Shown in pieces: positions 36,925-47,104 of a DNA stretch of 64,000 nt. The notes below the pieces were generated by a model. The model ran no database searches, was not told the origin of the DNA, and saw nothing but the letters and a program-made list of their open reading frames with translations. A program made the translations under genes and the position numbers. Source of the DNA: Deltaproteobacteria bacterium (lineage in GTDB: Bacteria > Desulfobacterota > Desulfobaccia > Desulfobaccales > 0-14-0-80-60-11); the NCBI GenBank assembly GCA_003599195.1, contig QZIZ01000019.1, positions 14,188 through 78,187 on the forward strand, in the 5' to 3' direction. Positions within the stretch are counted from its first letter, which is position 1, and every line of letters begins with the position of its first letter.

Positions 36925-38985
36925 ATGAAACGATTTCATCGACAAGGAAAAATCATCCTTGCCGCGGTCCTGGGGCTGGCCTTGCTCCCCGGACCGGTCT
37001 GGGGACAATCCCTGAAAACCGTCCAGGTGCCGGAACCCCCCACCCTTTCCAGTTTTGTGAGAGATAAAGCCGCGGCCATTCAGTTGGGGAAGGCCCTCTT
37101 CTGGGATATGCAGGTGGGCAGCGACGGGGTCACGGCCTGCGCCAGTTGCCATTTCCACGCCGGGGCTGACAGCCGCACCCGGGCCCAACTCAACCCGGAC
37201 ACCCTGGGAGGGGATGCCACTTTCCAGGCCGGGGGGCGCAACACCAATTTGGGCCGGAGCAAATTCCCCTTTGTCAAGTTTGTCAATCCCGACGATCCCA
37301 GTGCCGGGGTCCTTAGGGATTGGAACGACGTGGTTTCCTCCCAGGGGGTGCGCCTCACCCTGTTCACGGATATCGTGCCCGGCAACGCCGTGGATGCCGG
37401 GGTCTCCCAGCGGGATCCGGTTTTCCGGTTCCAGCGGCGGGTGGAGCCCCGCAATACTCCCACCATGATCAATGCGGTCTTTAACTTCGCCAATTTTTGG
37501 GACGGCCGGGCCAATAACGTCTTCAACGGCGCCAATCCCTTCGGGGCCATGGATACGGACGCGGCCGGAAATCCCAATAAAAGGATCGTGAAAAATGTCG
37601 CCGGAGTCCTGACCCCGGTGCTCATCCGCATCCGCAACGCCAGCCTGGCTTCCCAGGCCACGGGTCCGCCTCTGAGCGACTTCGAGATGTCCTGGAGGGG
37701 CCGCACCTGGCCCAAGGTTGGCAAGAAGATGCTCAGCCTGGCCCCCTTGGCCCAGCAGGTGGTGCATCCCCAGGACAGCGTCCTGGGCCTGCTCGCCAAC
37801 TCCACCCTGGTCAACGGCGTGCCCTCCAATGTTCCCGGGATCAACACCACCTATGAGGCTCTGATCAAGAAAGCCTTTTTCGGTTCGTATTGGGGCAATA
37901 CCACCCAAATAGTGACTTTTAACGCCGAGGGGCTGCCCACGGTCCTGCCCCACCCCGGCAGGCCCTTGACCACTGACGAATACACGCAGATGGAGGCCAA
38001 CTTCAGCCTTTTCTTCGGTCTGGCCGTGCAGCTCTACGAGGCGACCTTGATCGCGGACGACACCCCCTTCGACCGGTTCCAGGATGGTTTTCCCAATTCC
38101 CTTACCCCCGAGCAGGTGTTCGGCATGCAGATTTTCGATTTTGCCCAATGCTCGGTGTGCCATGCAGGCGCAGAAATGACTGCCGCGTCCGTGGCCAATC
38201 TTCTCCTGAACCCAAATCCCCCGCCTCCGGGGCAGATCAATGTGCCCGACCCCACCAAAAATCCCCTGAACGCCATCGAACAGATGCCGTTCACGGTGGG
38301 GGAAGGCCTTTATGACGTGGATTTCGTCCATATCAGCGTGGTGCGCCAGTCCAACGACCCGGGCCGGGGGGGGACCGCGCCCTTTATCAACCCCCGCACC
38401 GCGGCCGAATATCCCCTTTCCTGGTCGGTTCTGGGCCAGTTGAAAAGGGACGGGCTGCTGCCGCCCTCGGTGGCCGCGTTTACCCCCAACCTGCCGGTGG
38501 GCTTCCAGGCGAATTTCACCCGGCCTTTCCCGGACCGGGCGGTCAATAGCGGGGCCATGAAAGTCCCCCAACTGCGCAACATTGACCTGACCGGCCCCTA
38601 TTTCCACAACGGTGGAGCCGCCACCCTGATGCAGGTGGTGGACTTTTATACCCGGGGCGGGAACTTTCGCTTCGGGAATTTTCCCGACATAACTGAAGCA
38701 ATGGACGGCGACGTTCCTGCTGAGGTTGCCCCAGTCGGCTTTTTGATCGGCAATACCGCCGCTCAAAGGGCCCTGGTGGCCTTCCTCCAGGCCCTCACCG
38801 ACCCCCGGGTCAAAGAAGAGCAAGCTCCCTTTGATCATCCTCAACTCTTCGTGCCCCAGGGCATCGATCCCGTCACCAGAATCGAAGTTATTAACGAGAT
38901 TCCGCCGGTGGGCGCGGGCGGCCGCATACCTGCCGGATTGCTGCCCCTGCAGCCCTTCCTGAACGTGAACCAATTCTCGCCGTAA
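36925..38985 (+). CDS. Large secreted di-heme cytochrome c peroxidase/MauG-family protein
   Basis: AGGAGG SD, signal peptide, LGKALFWD, CASCH, RNTPT, FWDGRA, CSVCH, KVPQLRN..LTGPYFHNG. Confidence 0.92.
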   Translation: MKRFHRQGKIILAAVLGLALLPGPVWGQSLKTVQVPEPPTLSSFVRDKAAAIQLGKALFWDMQVGSDGVTACASCHFHAGADSRTRAQLNPDTLGGDATFQAGGRNTNLGRSKFPFVKFVNPDDPSAGVLRDWNDVVSSQGVRLTLFTDIVPGNAVDAGVSQRDPVFRFQRRVEPRNTPTMINAVFNFANFWDGRANNVFNGANPFGAMDTDAAGNPNKRIVKNVAGVLTPVLIRIRNASLASQATGPPLSDFEMSWRGRTWPKVGKKMLSLAPLAQQVVHPQDSVLGLLANSTLVNGVPSNVPGINTTYEALIKKAFFGSYWGNTTQIVTFNAEGLPTVLPHPGRPLTTDEYTQMEANFSLFFGLAVQLYEATLIADDTPFDRFQDGFPNSLTPEQVFGMQIFDFAQCSVCHAGAEMTAASVANLLLNPNPPPPGQINVPDPTKNPLNAIEQMPFTVGEGLYDVDFVHISVVRQSNDPGRGGTAPFINPRTAAEYPLSWSVLGQLKRDGLLPPSVAAFTPNLPVGFQANFTRPFPDRAVNSGAMKVPQLRNIDLTGPYFHNGGAATLMQVVDFYTRGGNFRFGNFPDITEAMDGDVPAEVAPVGFLIGNTAAQRALVAFLQALTDPRVKEEQAPFDHPQLFVPQGIDPVTRIEVINEIPPVGAGGRIPAGLLPLQPFLNVNQFSP

Positions 38986-39013
38986 AGGACGGAGCAGCAC
39001 CACCTGAAGGACA

Positions 39014-39051
39014 AAACGGCCGGGTAATACCCGGCCGTTTCTTTTTCTTTT
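39014..39051 (+). terminator. Rho-independent terminator
   Basis: AAACGGCCGGG-TAATA-CCCGGCCGTTT followed by T-rich tail. Confidence 0.85.
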
Positions 39052-39241
39052 ACCAAGGGGACGATTCGGGGAGAGCCCGGCCCATCCGCACCCCACGGAC
39101 TGGAGCCGGTAGCGGCGGCCCGTAGCAATAATTACCTAGATAAATCTTATTGTAATAGTATTATTTACTAGAGTAGATTATCAAAAGTTAGATACCCTTA
39201 CCGGCCTTTATGCCTATACAAAAATAGGTACAGGGAGCTAC

Positions 39242-39269
39242 TTGACATTTTTTTCTGTGTAAGTATAAT
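39242..39269 (+). promoter_or_regulatory. Consensus sigma70 promoter of the wza-wzc operon
   Basis: TTGACA-16 nt-TATAAT. Confidence 0.75.
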
Positions 39270-39454
39270 TTATTTCAACAATATTTGCCTCTAACGGCAG
39301 ATAATTTTGACATATTCATTAAATCTTAATGACAAATTTTTGAGAGAACTTAACATTAAGAAATAAACAACTTCAGACTCCCCAAAGTCTTATCAAAAAG
39401 GAACAGGGGAATTCGTCTGTCCCTCCCAAAATATTGGCGGATGAGGATTTGCCG

Positions 39455-40510
39455 ATGAATTCAGGAAAATTTTGGATGCTGCTTCTAATTATCTGTTTGG
39501 GGCTGGTGGGCTGCGGCGGCCCTGGAGCTCACCAGATGGCGCCCCAGCAGATCGCGGCCCAGGTGGACTCCAAGAGCAAGCAAAGCCAGCAGCTTCAGGA
39601 GCAGTTGTTGAAACAGATGGCCATGACCGCTGCGATCAGGGATTATCGAGACTATAAAGTGGGCTCGGAGGACATGTTGGCAATCACTTGCCTGGGCACG
39701 GATAAGCTGAATACCGAGGCCCGGGTCAATGGCCAGGGCGAGATCAGCCTGATGCTGGTGGGGCCGGTCAAGGTGGAGGGCTTAACCGCCACTGAGATCG
39801 AGAAGAAGCTGGCCCAGCTCTATCAGGAAGGGGATTACCTGCGAAATCCGCAAATAACGGTGGCCGTCAAGGAATTCCGCCATCAGAAAGTGGCCGTCAC
39901 CGGCGCGGTCAACAAACCGGATACTTACACCCTCATCGGCCCCCGCACCCTGCTGGAGGTGCTGGGGATGGCCGGCGGACTCACGAATAATGCCGGCGAG
40001 GTGGCCCATGTGGTCCGCCCCTACAAAGGCAAGGAGACCTCCAAAGAGGGTATGACCCGGCAGTCTTTCACCCCGGGCACGGAGACCATCATGGTGGATC
40101 TGAACCGGGCTTTGATCAAGGGAGACCCGGGGGTAAATATTGCCATCCGTAGCGGGGATGTGGTCCATGTCCCCTTTGCCCATCTCGCCTATGTCCTGGG
40201 TGCGGTTGCCAGACCCGGGGAGGTCCCCATCAAGAATAATATGACGGTGACCAAGGCCGTGGCCCAGGCCGGGGGCCAGCACATCATCCTCAGCTCCAAC
40301 AACGCCTCCATTTTACGGATGGATGAGAACGGCCAACGCCAGACCATTCCGGTAAACCTTGCCTCCATCACTAAGGGCACTGAACCGGACATCCCCTTGA
40401 AGGAAAATGACATCGTCTTCGTCCAAGAGAGCGGGGCGCGGCGGTTCTTCTTTGATTTCAAATTCTTTATGCCCGGCAATGTCGGCATGGGCATCCCGGG
40501 CCTGATCTAG
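39455..40510 (+). CDS. wza: Polysaccharide export lipoprotein (Wza/OPX, SLBB domains)
   Basis: Lipobox LVGC; DYKVGSED, G.ISL.LVG.V.V.GLT, two SLBB repeats. Confidence 0.88.
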   Translation: MNSGKFWMLLLIICLGLVGCGGPGAHQMAPQQIAAQVDSKSKQSQQLQEQLLKQMAMTAAIRDYRDYKVGSEDMLAITCLGTDKLNTEARVNGQGEISLMLVGPVKVEGLTATEIEKKLAQLYQEGDYLRNPQITVAVKEFRHQKVAVTGAVNKPDTYTLIGPRTLLEVLGMAGGLTNNAGEVAHVVRPYKGKETSKEGMTRQSFTPGTETIMVDLNRALIKGDPGVNIAIRSGDVVHVPFAHLAYVLGAVARPGEVPIKNNMTVTKAVAQAGGQHIILSSNNASILRMDENGQRQTIPVNLASITKGTEPDIPLKENDIVFVQESGARRFFFDFKFFMPGNVGMGIPGLI

Positions 40511-40653
40511 GCGTCAAGCCGACCAAGGTCCTGCGGGCCTACCGCCCCGGGAACCTTGGCGGCGGCGGCGCTAAGATAAGGTTAACGGCCAATAAAAAAG
40601 GACTCTGAGATCAAGGGTCTGAATTTCAGGATCAGTTTTTAAGGATCTATCCT

Positions 40654-42948
40654 ATGCAAAATGAAACCCCGAACTACATGCTTGTACCTTCTTCTCCCTC
40701 CATGCCCCCCGCCCTGGACAGCTATTACAAAGGCGAGACTGAAGAGGTCTCACACCTGCGGGATTACTGGCACATCCTCTTGAAGCGCAAGTGGTGGTTC
40801 CTCGGCGTGTTATTGGGGACGGTGGGCCTGACCTTGTCGGTCAGCGGTTTGATGTCCCCCATTTATAAGGTCACCACCACCATCCAGATCCTCCAGGATA
40901 ATCCTTCGGCCTTGGTGGGCGGACAAAACACCGATCCCCTGGGAGCCTTAACCGGTTCCAGTTCCGTGGATAAATTTTACGAAACCCAGTACAACATCCT
41001 CAAAAGCCCCACCATTGCCAAGGGCCTCATCGACACCCTGAACCTGAAGGAGCATCCATCTTACAAAAAGGTGGAAAGAGACTATCCCAAGGACTCTCCC
41101 GAAGCTATCAAAGACAGATATGCCTGGGCCCTGCTGGATAGTCTGAAAGTGGACCCGGTCAAGAACTCGTTTTTAGTGGATGTCTCCTTTAAGTCCACGG
41201 ACAAGAATATGGCCTGGAAGATCACGGAGGCCATACCCAAAGAATATTTGAAATTGTCCATGAGCACCCGGGAGCAGTCCTATACCACCCTGCGGGAATG
41301 GCTGGATAAGGAGCTGGTCCGTCTGGGCCAGAAGCTGCAAGACTCCGAACGGACTCTGTACGCTCATGGCCAGAAACAGGACTTTCTGTCCATGGAAGAG
41401 CCCGAAGTGAACGTCGTGGTCAAAAAATATGTGGCGGTGAGCCAGGCATTGACCGCGGCCCAGGCCGACAAGGCCAATAAGGAAGCCCAGTATAAACAGA
41501 TCAAGGAACAGGGCGCGGATGCGCCGCTGATCACCAACCATCCCCTGGTTACGGCGTTGCGCCAGTCATTGATCGATCTCGAGGGCCAGGTTTCCGGACA
41601 AAGCAAGATCTTCGGACCTAATTTCCCCGAGCAGGCGTCCATCAGCGCCAGGATGAGGGAAGTGCGCCAGCGTCTCAACCAGGAGGTCAGGCGCCTGGAG
41701 GCCAGCATTAAGGCGGATTATGAAGCCGCTACCAAGTCGGAAGCCTTACTGCAAAAGGAATTCGATCTCCAACGCTCCAAGATGGTGGACCTGCAAAACG
41801 ATCTGGTCCATCATCACGTCTTGAAACGGGACCTGCAGACCAACCAGACCCTTTATGAAGGCCTGCTGGCCCGTATGAAAGAAGCCAGCGTGGCCAGCAC
41901 CATGGTGGCCAGCAACGTGTCGGTCATCACCCCGGCTCTTGATCCTTACGAGCCCTGGTTGCCCAAGTATCTGCTATTCACGGTCCTGGCGGTGGTCCTC
42001 GGCTCCATGTTCGGCATGGGAACCTCCTTCTTCGTCGAATACATGGATGACTCCATCAAGACCATGGAAGAAATGGAGAAGATCTGCCATATCTCCTCCC
42101 TGGGAGTCATTCCCATGATGAAGGAAGATTCCTGGAAATTACCCATGGTCGGCCGGGAATCCCGGATGCTTACCGGCCCCGGCGCCGATACCCAGGGGCC
42201 GGCGGAGGCTCCTTCCCCCGTGGAACTCCTGTCTTACAACAATCCCATGTCCATGCTCGGGGAGGCCATCCAGCACATCCGCACTTCGCTGCTGCTCTCA
42301 ACCTCGGAGGCGCCGCCCAAGGTCATCGTCATCACCAGCGGCAATCCCGGGGAGGGCAAAACCACGGTCTCCGTGAATCTGGCAGCCGCGTTGGCCGGTC
42401 CCGACCGCCGCTGCGTTATTTTGGACTGCGACCTTAGAAAAGCCAGGGTTCATCAGGTCTTCCGGCAGCCCGTGCAACCCGGCCTCACCAATTACCTTAC
42501 CGGCGCCTCGGCCTTGGAAGACGTCCTCCGCACCACCTCGGTGCCCAATCTCTATTTCCTGCCGGCCGGCCCGACGCCGCCCAATCCCAACGAGCTTTTC
42601 AGTTCCTCGGCTTTCACCAACCTCATCAATCACCTCCGGGGCGAATTCGATCACATTATCCTGGATTCGCCTCCCATCATCGGCTTTGCCGACGGGCGGA
42701 CCATTTCCACCATCGCCGATGGAGTGCTGCTGGTGATCAGACACCACTTCACCACCCGGGAAGCCGGGCAACTGGCCATGCAATTGCTGTCCCAGAACAA
42801 TGCCCGTATCCTGGGCGGGATCCTGACCATGACCAAAAAAGAGCGCATGGGATATGGCGGCTACTACGGCTACTTCAAGAATTATCACAAATATTATGGC
42901 GGTTATAATAAGCAGGATACTGGGGAGGGAAAGCAGACTCAACATTAA
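40654..42948 (+). CDS. wzc: Polysaccharide co-polymerase / BY-kinase
   Basis: Two TM helices, coiled coil, GEGKTT, DCDLRK, LDSPP, Tyr-rich tail. Confidence 0.93.
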   Translation: MQNETPNYMLVPSSPSMPPALDSYYKGETEEVSHLRDYWHILLKRKWWFLGVLLGTVGLTLSVSGLMSPIYKVTTTIQILQDNPSALVGGQNTDPLGALTGSSSVDKFYETQYNILKSPTIAKGLIDTLNLKEHPSYKKVERDYPKDSPEAIKDRYAWALLDSLKVDPVKNSFLVDVSFKSTDKNMAWKITEAIPKEYLKLSMSTREQSYTTLREWLDKELVRLGQKLQDSERTLYAHGQKQDFLSMEEPEVNVVVKKYVAVSQALTAAQADKANKEAQYKQIKEQGADAPLITNHPLVTALRQSLIDLEGQVSGQSKIFGPNFPEQASISARMREVRQRLNQEVRRLEASIKADYEAATKSEALLQKEFDLQRSKMVDLQNDLVHHHVLKRDLQTNQTLYEGLLARMKEASVASTMVASNVSVITPALDPYEPWLPKYLLFTVLAVVLGSMFGMGTSFFVEYMDDSIKTMEEMEKICHISSLGVIPMMKEDSWKLPMVGRESRMLTGPGADTQGPAEAPSPVELLSYNNPMSMLGEAIQHIRTSLLLSTSEAPPKVIVITSGNPGEGKTTVSVNLAAALAGPDRRCVILDCDLRKARVHQVFRQPVQPGLTNYLTGASALEDVLRTTSVPNLYFLPAGPTPPNPNELFSSSAFTNLINHLRGEFDHIILDSPPIIGFADGRTISTIADGVLLVIRHHFTTREAGQLAMQLLSQNNARILGGILTMTKKERMGYGGYYGYFKNYHKYYGGYNKQDTGEGKQTQH

Positions 42949-43055
42949 GGCGGCGGCAGGAAAGACGCCTGCCAATCTCTACTGAAACCGGAACTTACTC
43001 AGGGTGGAGCCACAGGGATTGCGGCCTGAGGAATAATGATAAAAGAGAAGAGTCG

Positions 43056-44195
43056 ATGAGTGATTTTTTCCGCGATAAAGTCATCTTGATTACCGGAGCC
43101 GCGGGCACCATAGGGAAGGAAATCGTCCGCCAATTGCTGGCGACGGAAGCCCGGGAAATCCGGTTAATAGATAATAATGAATCGGAATTATTCTACCTGG
43201 GAAATAAATACCGCCATCACGGGCCCGTCACCTTATATCTGGGCGATGTGCGCGACGAAAAGAAACTGCTCAATGTCACCCAAGGGGTGGATCTCATCTT
43301 CCATCTGGCCGCGTTAAAACACGTGGGCCTCTCGGAGTACAATCCTTTCGAAGCGGTGCAAACCAATATCAACGGCGTCAAGCACCTGGTGCAAGCCGCG
43401 ATGTCCAATAATGTCCCCCGGGTGATTTACACCAGCTCCGACAAGGCGGTCAATCCCACCAACGTCATGGGCACCTCCAAGCTCATGGGCGAACGCATCA
43501 TCACCGCCGCCAATATCGTCAATTCCAACGGCAGGCAGATCTTTTCCAGTGTCCGCTTCGGAAATGTTTTAGGCTCCAGGGGCTCAGTGGTGCCGATTTT
43601 CGCACAGCAGATCATCAACGGCAAAAAAATCACCATTACCGACGCCCGCATGACCCGGTTCGTCATGACCATCCAGGAGGCAGCCCAACTGGTCCTGGAG
43701 GCCGCCACGCTGGTCTGCGGGGGGGAGGTCCTGGTTACCAAGATGCCGGTGATGCGCATCGTTGATTTAGCCCGGGCCATGGCCTGCCTGCTGGCTCCTC
43801 AAATCGGCCGCGATCCCGAGAAGATCACCTGCAAATATGTGGGAGCCACTCCCGGCGAAAAGCTGTATGAAGAGCTGATGACCATAGAGGAAGTGGGCCG
43901 CCTGAAAGAGCTGCCCTCCATGTTTGCCATTCTGCCGGGTCTGGAGGCGTTTTACCACAAGATAAGCTACTCCTATCCGGACGAACTGCCGCAAACGAAT
44001 AAGCAGCCCTATATTTCCTCGTTGCAGACTCCCATGTCCGTGGCGGAAATCAAAGACTACCTGAAGCGCTACGGTATCTTGGACGAATTTCTCCCCCCCG
44101 GAGATTCCTGGCATCCAGGTTATGGACCCCTGCCGGTGGAACGGGAGCCCGCCCCCCCTGCAGCCAACAACAACTATAAATACCAAAGCGGGTAA
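43056..44195 (+). CDS. CapD/PseB-family dehydratase, copy 2
   Basis: Same motifs as 35341-36477. Confidence 0.92.
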   Translation: MSDFFRDKVILITGAAGTIGKEIVRQLLATEAREIRLIDNNESELFYLGNKYRHHGPVTLYLGDVRDEKKLLNVTQGVDLIFHLAALKHVGLSEYNPFEAVQTNINGVKHLVQAAMSNNVPRVIYTSSDKAVNPTNVMGTSKLMGERIITAANIVNSNGRQIFSSVRFGNVLGSRGSVVPIFAQQIINGKKITITDARMTRFVMTIQEAAQLVLEAATLVCGGEVLVTKMPVMRIVDLARAMACLLAPQIGRDPEKITCKYVGATPGEKLYEELMTIEEVGRLKELPSMFAILPGLEAFYHKISYSYPDELPQTNKQPYISSLQTPMSVAEIKDYLKRYGILDEFLPPGDSWHPGYGPLPVEREPAPPAANNNYKYQSG

Positions 44196-44204
44196 GAGGT
44201 TCGT

Positions 44205-44816
44205 ATGAGCTTTACCTTATGGTTTACCGGTCTTTCCGCGTCCGGGAAGACCACCCTGTCACGCCGCATCTACTTTGATTTAAAATCCCGGGGCCTCAAA
44301 GTGGAGCTTCTGGATGGGGACTTGGTGCGGGCGGCCCTCAACCAGGATCTGGGGTTCAGCCGGCGGGACCGGGATATACAGGTGCGCCGCCTCGGCTTTA
44401 TTTCCCACCTGTTAAATAAGAATGACGTTATCTCCATCGTGGGGGCGATTTCCCCTTACGCCGGCACCAGGGCCAAAAACCGCCAGCTGATTGAACAATA
44501 TATCGAGATTTTTTGCTCCTGCCCCTTGGAGGTGGTCGAGGGCCGGGACCCGAAAGGGTTATATGCCAAGGCGCGTAGAGGGGAAATCTTGCATTTTACC
44601 GGAATTTCCGATCCTTATGAGGCTCCCGAGGCCCCCGAAATTATTGCCCATACCGACCAGGAAAGTGAGGAGGCAAGCACGGCCAAGATCATAAATTTCT
44701 TGGAAGAATGCGATTATATTCCCCGCAGGGATTGCTGCCCCATTATCGATTACTCCGAGAGCGACGAGCGGCAGTGGCGTCAAAGATTGGCCAACCTGGG
44801 GTTTATCAAGAGTTAG
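44205..44816 (+). CDS. cysC: Adenylyl-sulfate kinase
   Basis: WFTGLSASGKTT, LLDGD, RDPKGLY, FTGISDPYEAP. Confidence 0.95.
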   Translation: MSFTLWFTGLSASGKTTLSRRIYFDLKSRGLKVELLDGDLVRAALNQDLGFSRRDRDIQVRRLGFISHLLNKNDVISIVGAISPYAGTRAKNRQLIEQYIEIFCSCPLEVVEGRDPKGLYAKARRGEILHFTGISDPYEAPEAPEIIAHTDQESEEASTAKIINFLEECDYIPRRDCCPIIDYSESDERQWRQRLANLGFIKS

Positions 44817-44847
44817 CCCGGCGGAAATTCAAAAGGCCTCGAAATTT

Positions 44848-45735
44848 ATGAAAACTGATGATGGTAAATGGTCTCCTGATTTTATCGGCGTCGGCGTGGA
44901 ACGAAGCGCCACCAGCTGGCTTTGGACCTGCCTCGACGAGCATCCCCAGATCTGCATGAGCCATCCGAAAGAGATTCATTATTTCAACAGAAATTATGAC
45001 CAGGGTGAAAAATGGTACCGCCAACATTTTGCGCCCGACGCCCACACCAGGATTTTCGGGGAAATCAACCCGGTTTATATGGATGATCCCCTGGCTTGCG
45101 AACGCATCGCCAGAGACTACCCGAATGCCAAGATATTGGTGATCCTGCGGAATCCTTTTGAAAGAGCCTTGTCGCATTTATCAGTGATCTTGAGAAACGA
45201 GCAGGGAGTCGTCGATAATCAGGATCTCGGTTTAGCCAGGGAAACCGTAGCCCTGGACGATAAATATTTGCGCCGCAGCTTATACTACCGGGGACTGAAG
45301 CCCTATTTGCGCGCCTTTCCCCGGGAGCGGATCATTATTCTGTTTTATGAAGATATGAAATTGGATCCTCAGGCTTTTCTGCATTCATTATTTTTTCAAC
45401 TGGGCGTGGATGCGGATTTCCTGCCGGCGTCCTTAGAAAAAATTATTAACCGGACTTCGAATTACCGCTTTCCTCTAATCTTTTGGGGGCTGGTTAAGCT
45501 GAGACAAATCCTTAAGACCCTGCCCGTCACTGAACGGCTAGTGGAAAGATTTATCAAAAAATCAAATCTCTGGTCCTGGTCTTCAAGGATTTTTGAATCC
45601 GACCACGCCAAAAAAAATGGGTCTAAACTGGAGTTCGAAGAGGTGTTCGGCGCCGAGGGACGGGATATCATCACGGCGGACCTGGAACTCCTGGTCAAGG
45701 ACCTGCACTTAAAAGTCCCGGCCGGCTGGAATTAA
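44848..45735 (+). CDS. PAPS-dependent sulfotransferase
   Basis: PDFIGVGVERSATSWL, KEIHYF, LRNPFERALS. Confidence 0.9.
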   Translation: MKTDDGKWSPDFIGVGVERSATSWLWTCLDEHPQICMSHPKEIHYFNRNYDQGEKWYRQHFAPDAHTRIFGEINPVYMDDPLACERIARDYPNAKILVILRNPFERALSHLSVILRNEQGVVDNQDLGLARETVALDDKYLRRSLYYRGLKPYLRAFPRERIIILFYEDMKLDPQAFLHSLFFQLGVDADFLPASLEKIINRTSNYRFPLIFWGLVKLRQILKTLPVTERLVERFIKKSNLWSWSSRIFESDHAKKNGSKLEFEEVFGAEGRDIITADLELLVKDLHLKVPAGWN

Positions 45736-45751
45736 CCGATGTGATTATGGT

Positions 45752-47080
45752 ATGAATGGGCTCTTATCCTCTTCCATTAAGGCCATCCTGCCTCGTAAGG
45801 GCAACTTCACCGCCAATGTGATGACCCTGGCGGGCGGCAGCACCCTGTCCCACCTGATTCTCATCGCCGCCAGCCCCATTCTCACGAGGTTATATAGTCC
45901 GGCGGACTTCGGACTTTGGGCCCTGTTTATCTCGCTTACCAACATCATGGGAGGCATCGCCGCCTGGCGTTACGAATTTGCCATCATGCTGGCCCAGGAG
46001 GACGGGGACGCGGCCAATATCCTGGGGCTATGCCTGTTGATCCTGGCTTTAATGTGCGGCCTCTTTTACTCAATGGTGGCCCTCTTCGGCAGAACCATCG
46101 CCCATCTGCTTAAGAGCCCGGAGATCTCCATCTGGCTGTGGTTGGCCCCTTTAACCATCCTGCTCACCGGGCTTTTCAATTCGCTCAACTATTGGAGCAC
46201 CAGAAAAAAGAAATTCCAGTCGGTGGCCGTTTCCAAAGTGAGCGCCTCCATGGGCATCGCCGGCACCCAAATAAGCGCCGGGGCCATCCACTCCCCCGTT
46301 CCGGGAGGGCTCATCGCCGGCCAGGTCCTCGGCCAGGCGGTGGGCACCGGGATTTTAGCCCGGCAGGTCTGGAAAGCGGACGGCAGGGCCATCTGCGCCG
46401 CCCTTTCCACCACCGGCATTATCGACCAGGCCCGGCGGCACCACAAATTTCCCCTGCTGTTCATGTGGTCCACCCTGGCCAACAATCTGGCCCGCCAAGT
46501 CCCGGTTTGGTTCATCGCCCTGAGTTTCGGCACCCAGGATACGGGCTTTTTCTCCCTTGCTTACCGCACCATCTTTCTGCCCATAACTCTCATCGCCCAG
46601 GCGGTTTCCCAAGTGTTCTACCAGCGGGCCACGGAACTGAAAAACCTCACGGGCGATTCCTATTCCTTTGCCAAAAGGCTGACCTTGTCCTTGATCCTGA
46701 TTCCTGCCATCCCCTTTATCGCCCTGATGCTCTGGGGGCCGGAGCTCTTTGCCCTGGTGTTTGGCGGGAACTGGGTGACCGCAGGCAGATATGCCGCCAT
46801 TCTCTGCCCCCTGGCCTGGGCCAGTTTTGTGGTGGGACCGCTGACCATGATTAATGCAGTCTACGAATACCAGGAAATGCACCTCTTTTGGCAGCTCGGC
46901 CTGCTCTCCATTGCGTCCATCGTGTTTTATGCAACCATACAATATCAGATGCCCCTGGAACAAATATTGTATTATTATTCCTCTATCGTAGTACTCTGGT
47001 ATCTGGTGAATTTGTTCATACTTCTTCGCATCTCCCAGGGAGAACCTTTGTTTTACCGGCGCCGCCGGACCAAGGCATAA
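45752..47080 (+). CDS. wzx: Oligosaccharide flippase (Wzx)
   Basis: PILTRLYSPADFG, multiple TM helices. Confidence 0.85.
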   Translation: MNGLLSSSIKAILPRKGNFTANVMTLAGGSTLSHLILIAASPILTRLYSPADFGLWALFISLTNIMGGIAAWRYEFAIMLAQEDGDAANILGLCLLILALMCGLFYSMVALFGRTIAHLLKSPEISIWLWLAPLTILLTGLFNSLNYWSTRKKKFQSVAVSKVSASMGIAGTQISAGAIHSPVPGGLIAGQVLGQAVGTGILARQVWKADGRAICAALSTTGIIDQARRHHKFPLLFMWSTLANNLARQVPVWFIALSFGTQDTGFFSLAYRTIFLPITLIAQAVSQVFYQRATELKNLTGDSYSFAKRLTLSLILIPAIPFIALMLWGPELFALVFGGNWVTAGRYAAILCPLAWASFVVGPLTMINAVYEYQEMHLFWQLGLLSIASIVFYATIQYQMPLEQILYYYSSIVVLWYLVNLFILLRISQGEPLFYRRRRTKA

Positions 47081-47104
47081 TAAACAGGATGACGGTTGAT
47101 CCGC

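Noticed and set aside
36859-39096. 745-aa minus-strand ORF
   Set aside because: Antisense shadow of the cytochrome c peroxidase; no motifs
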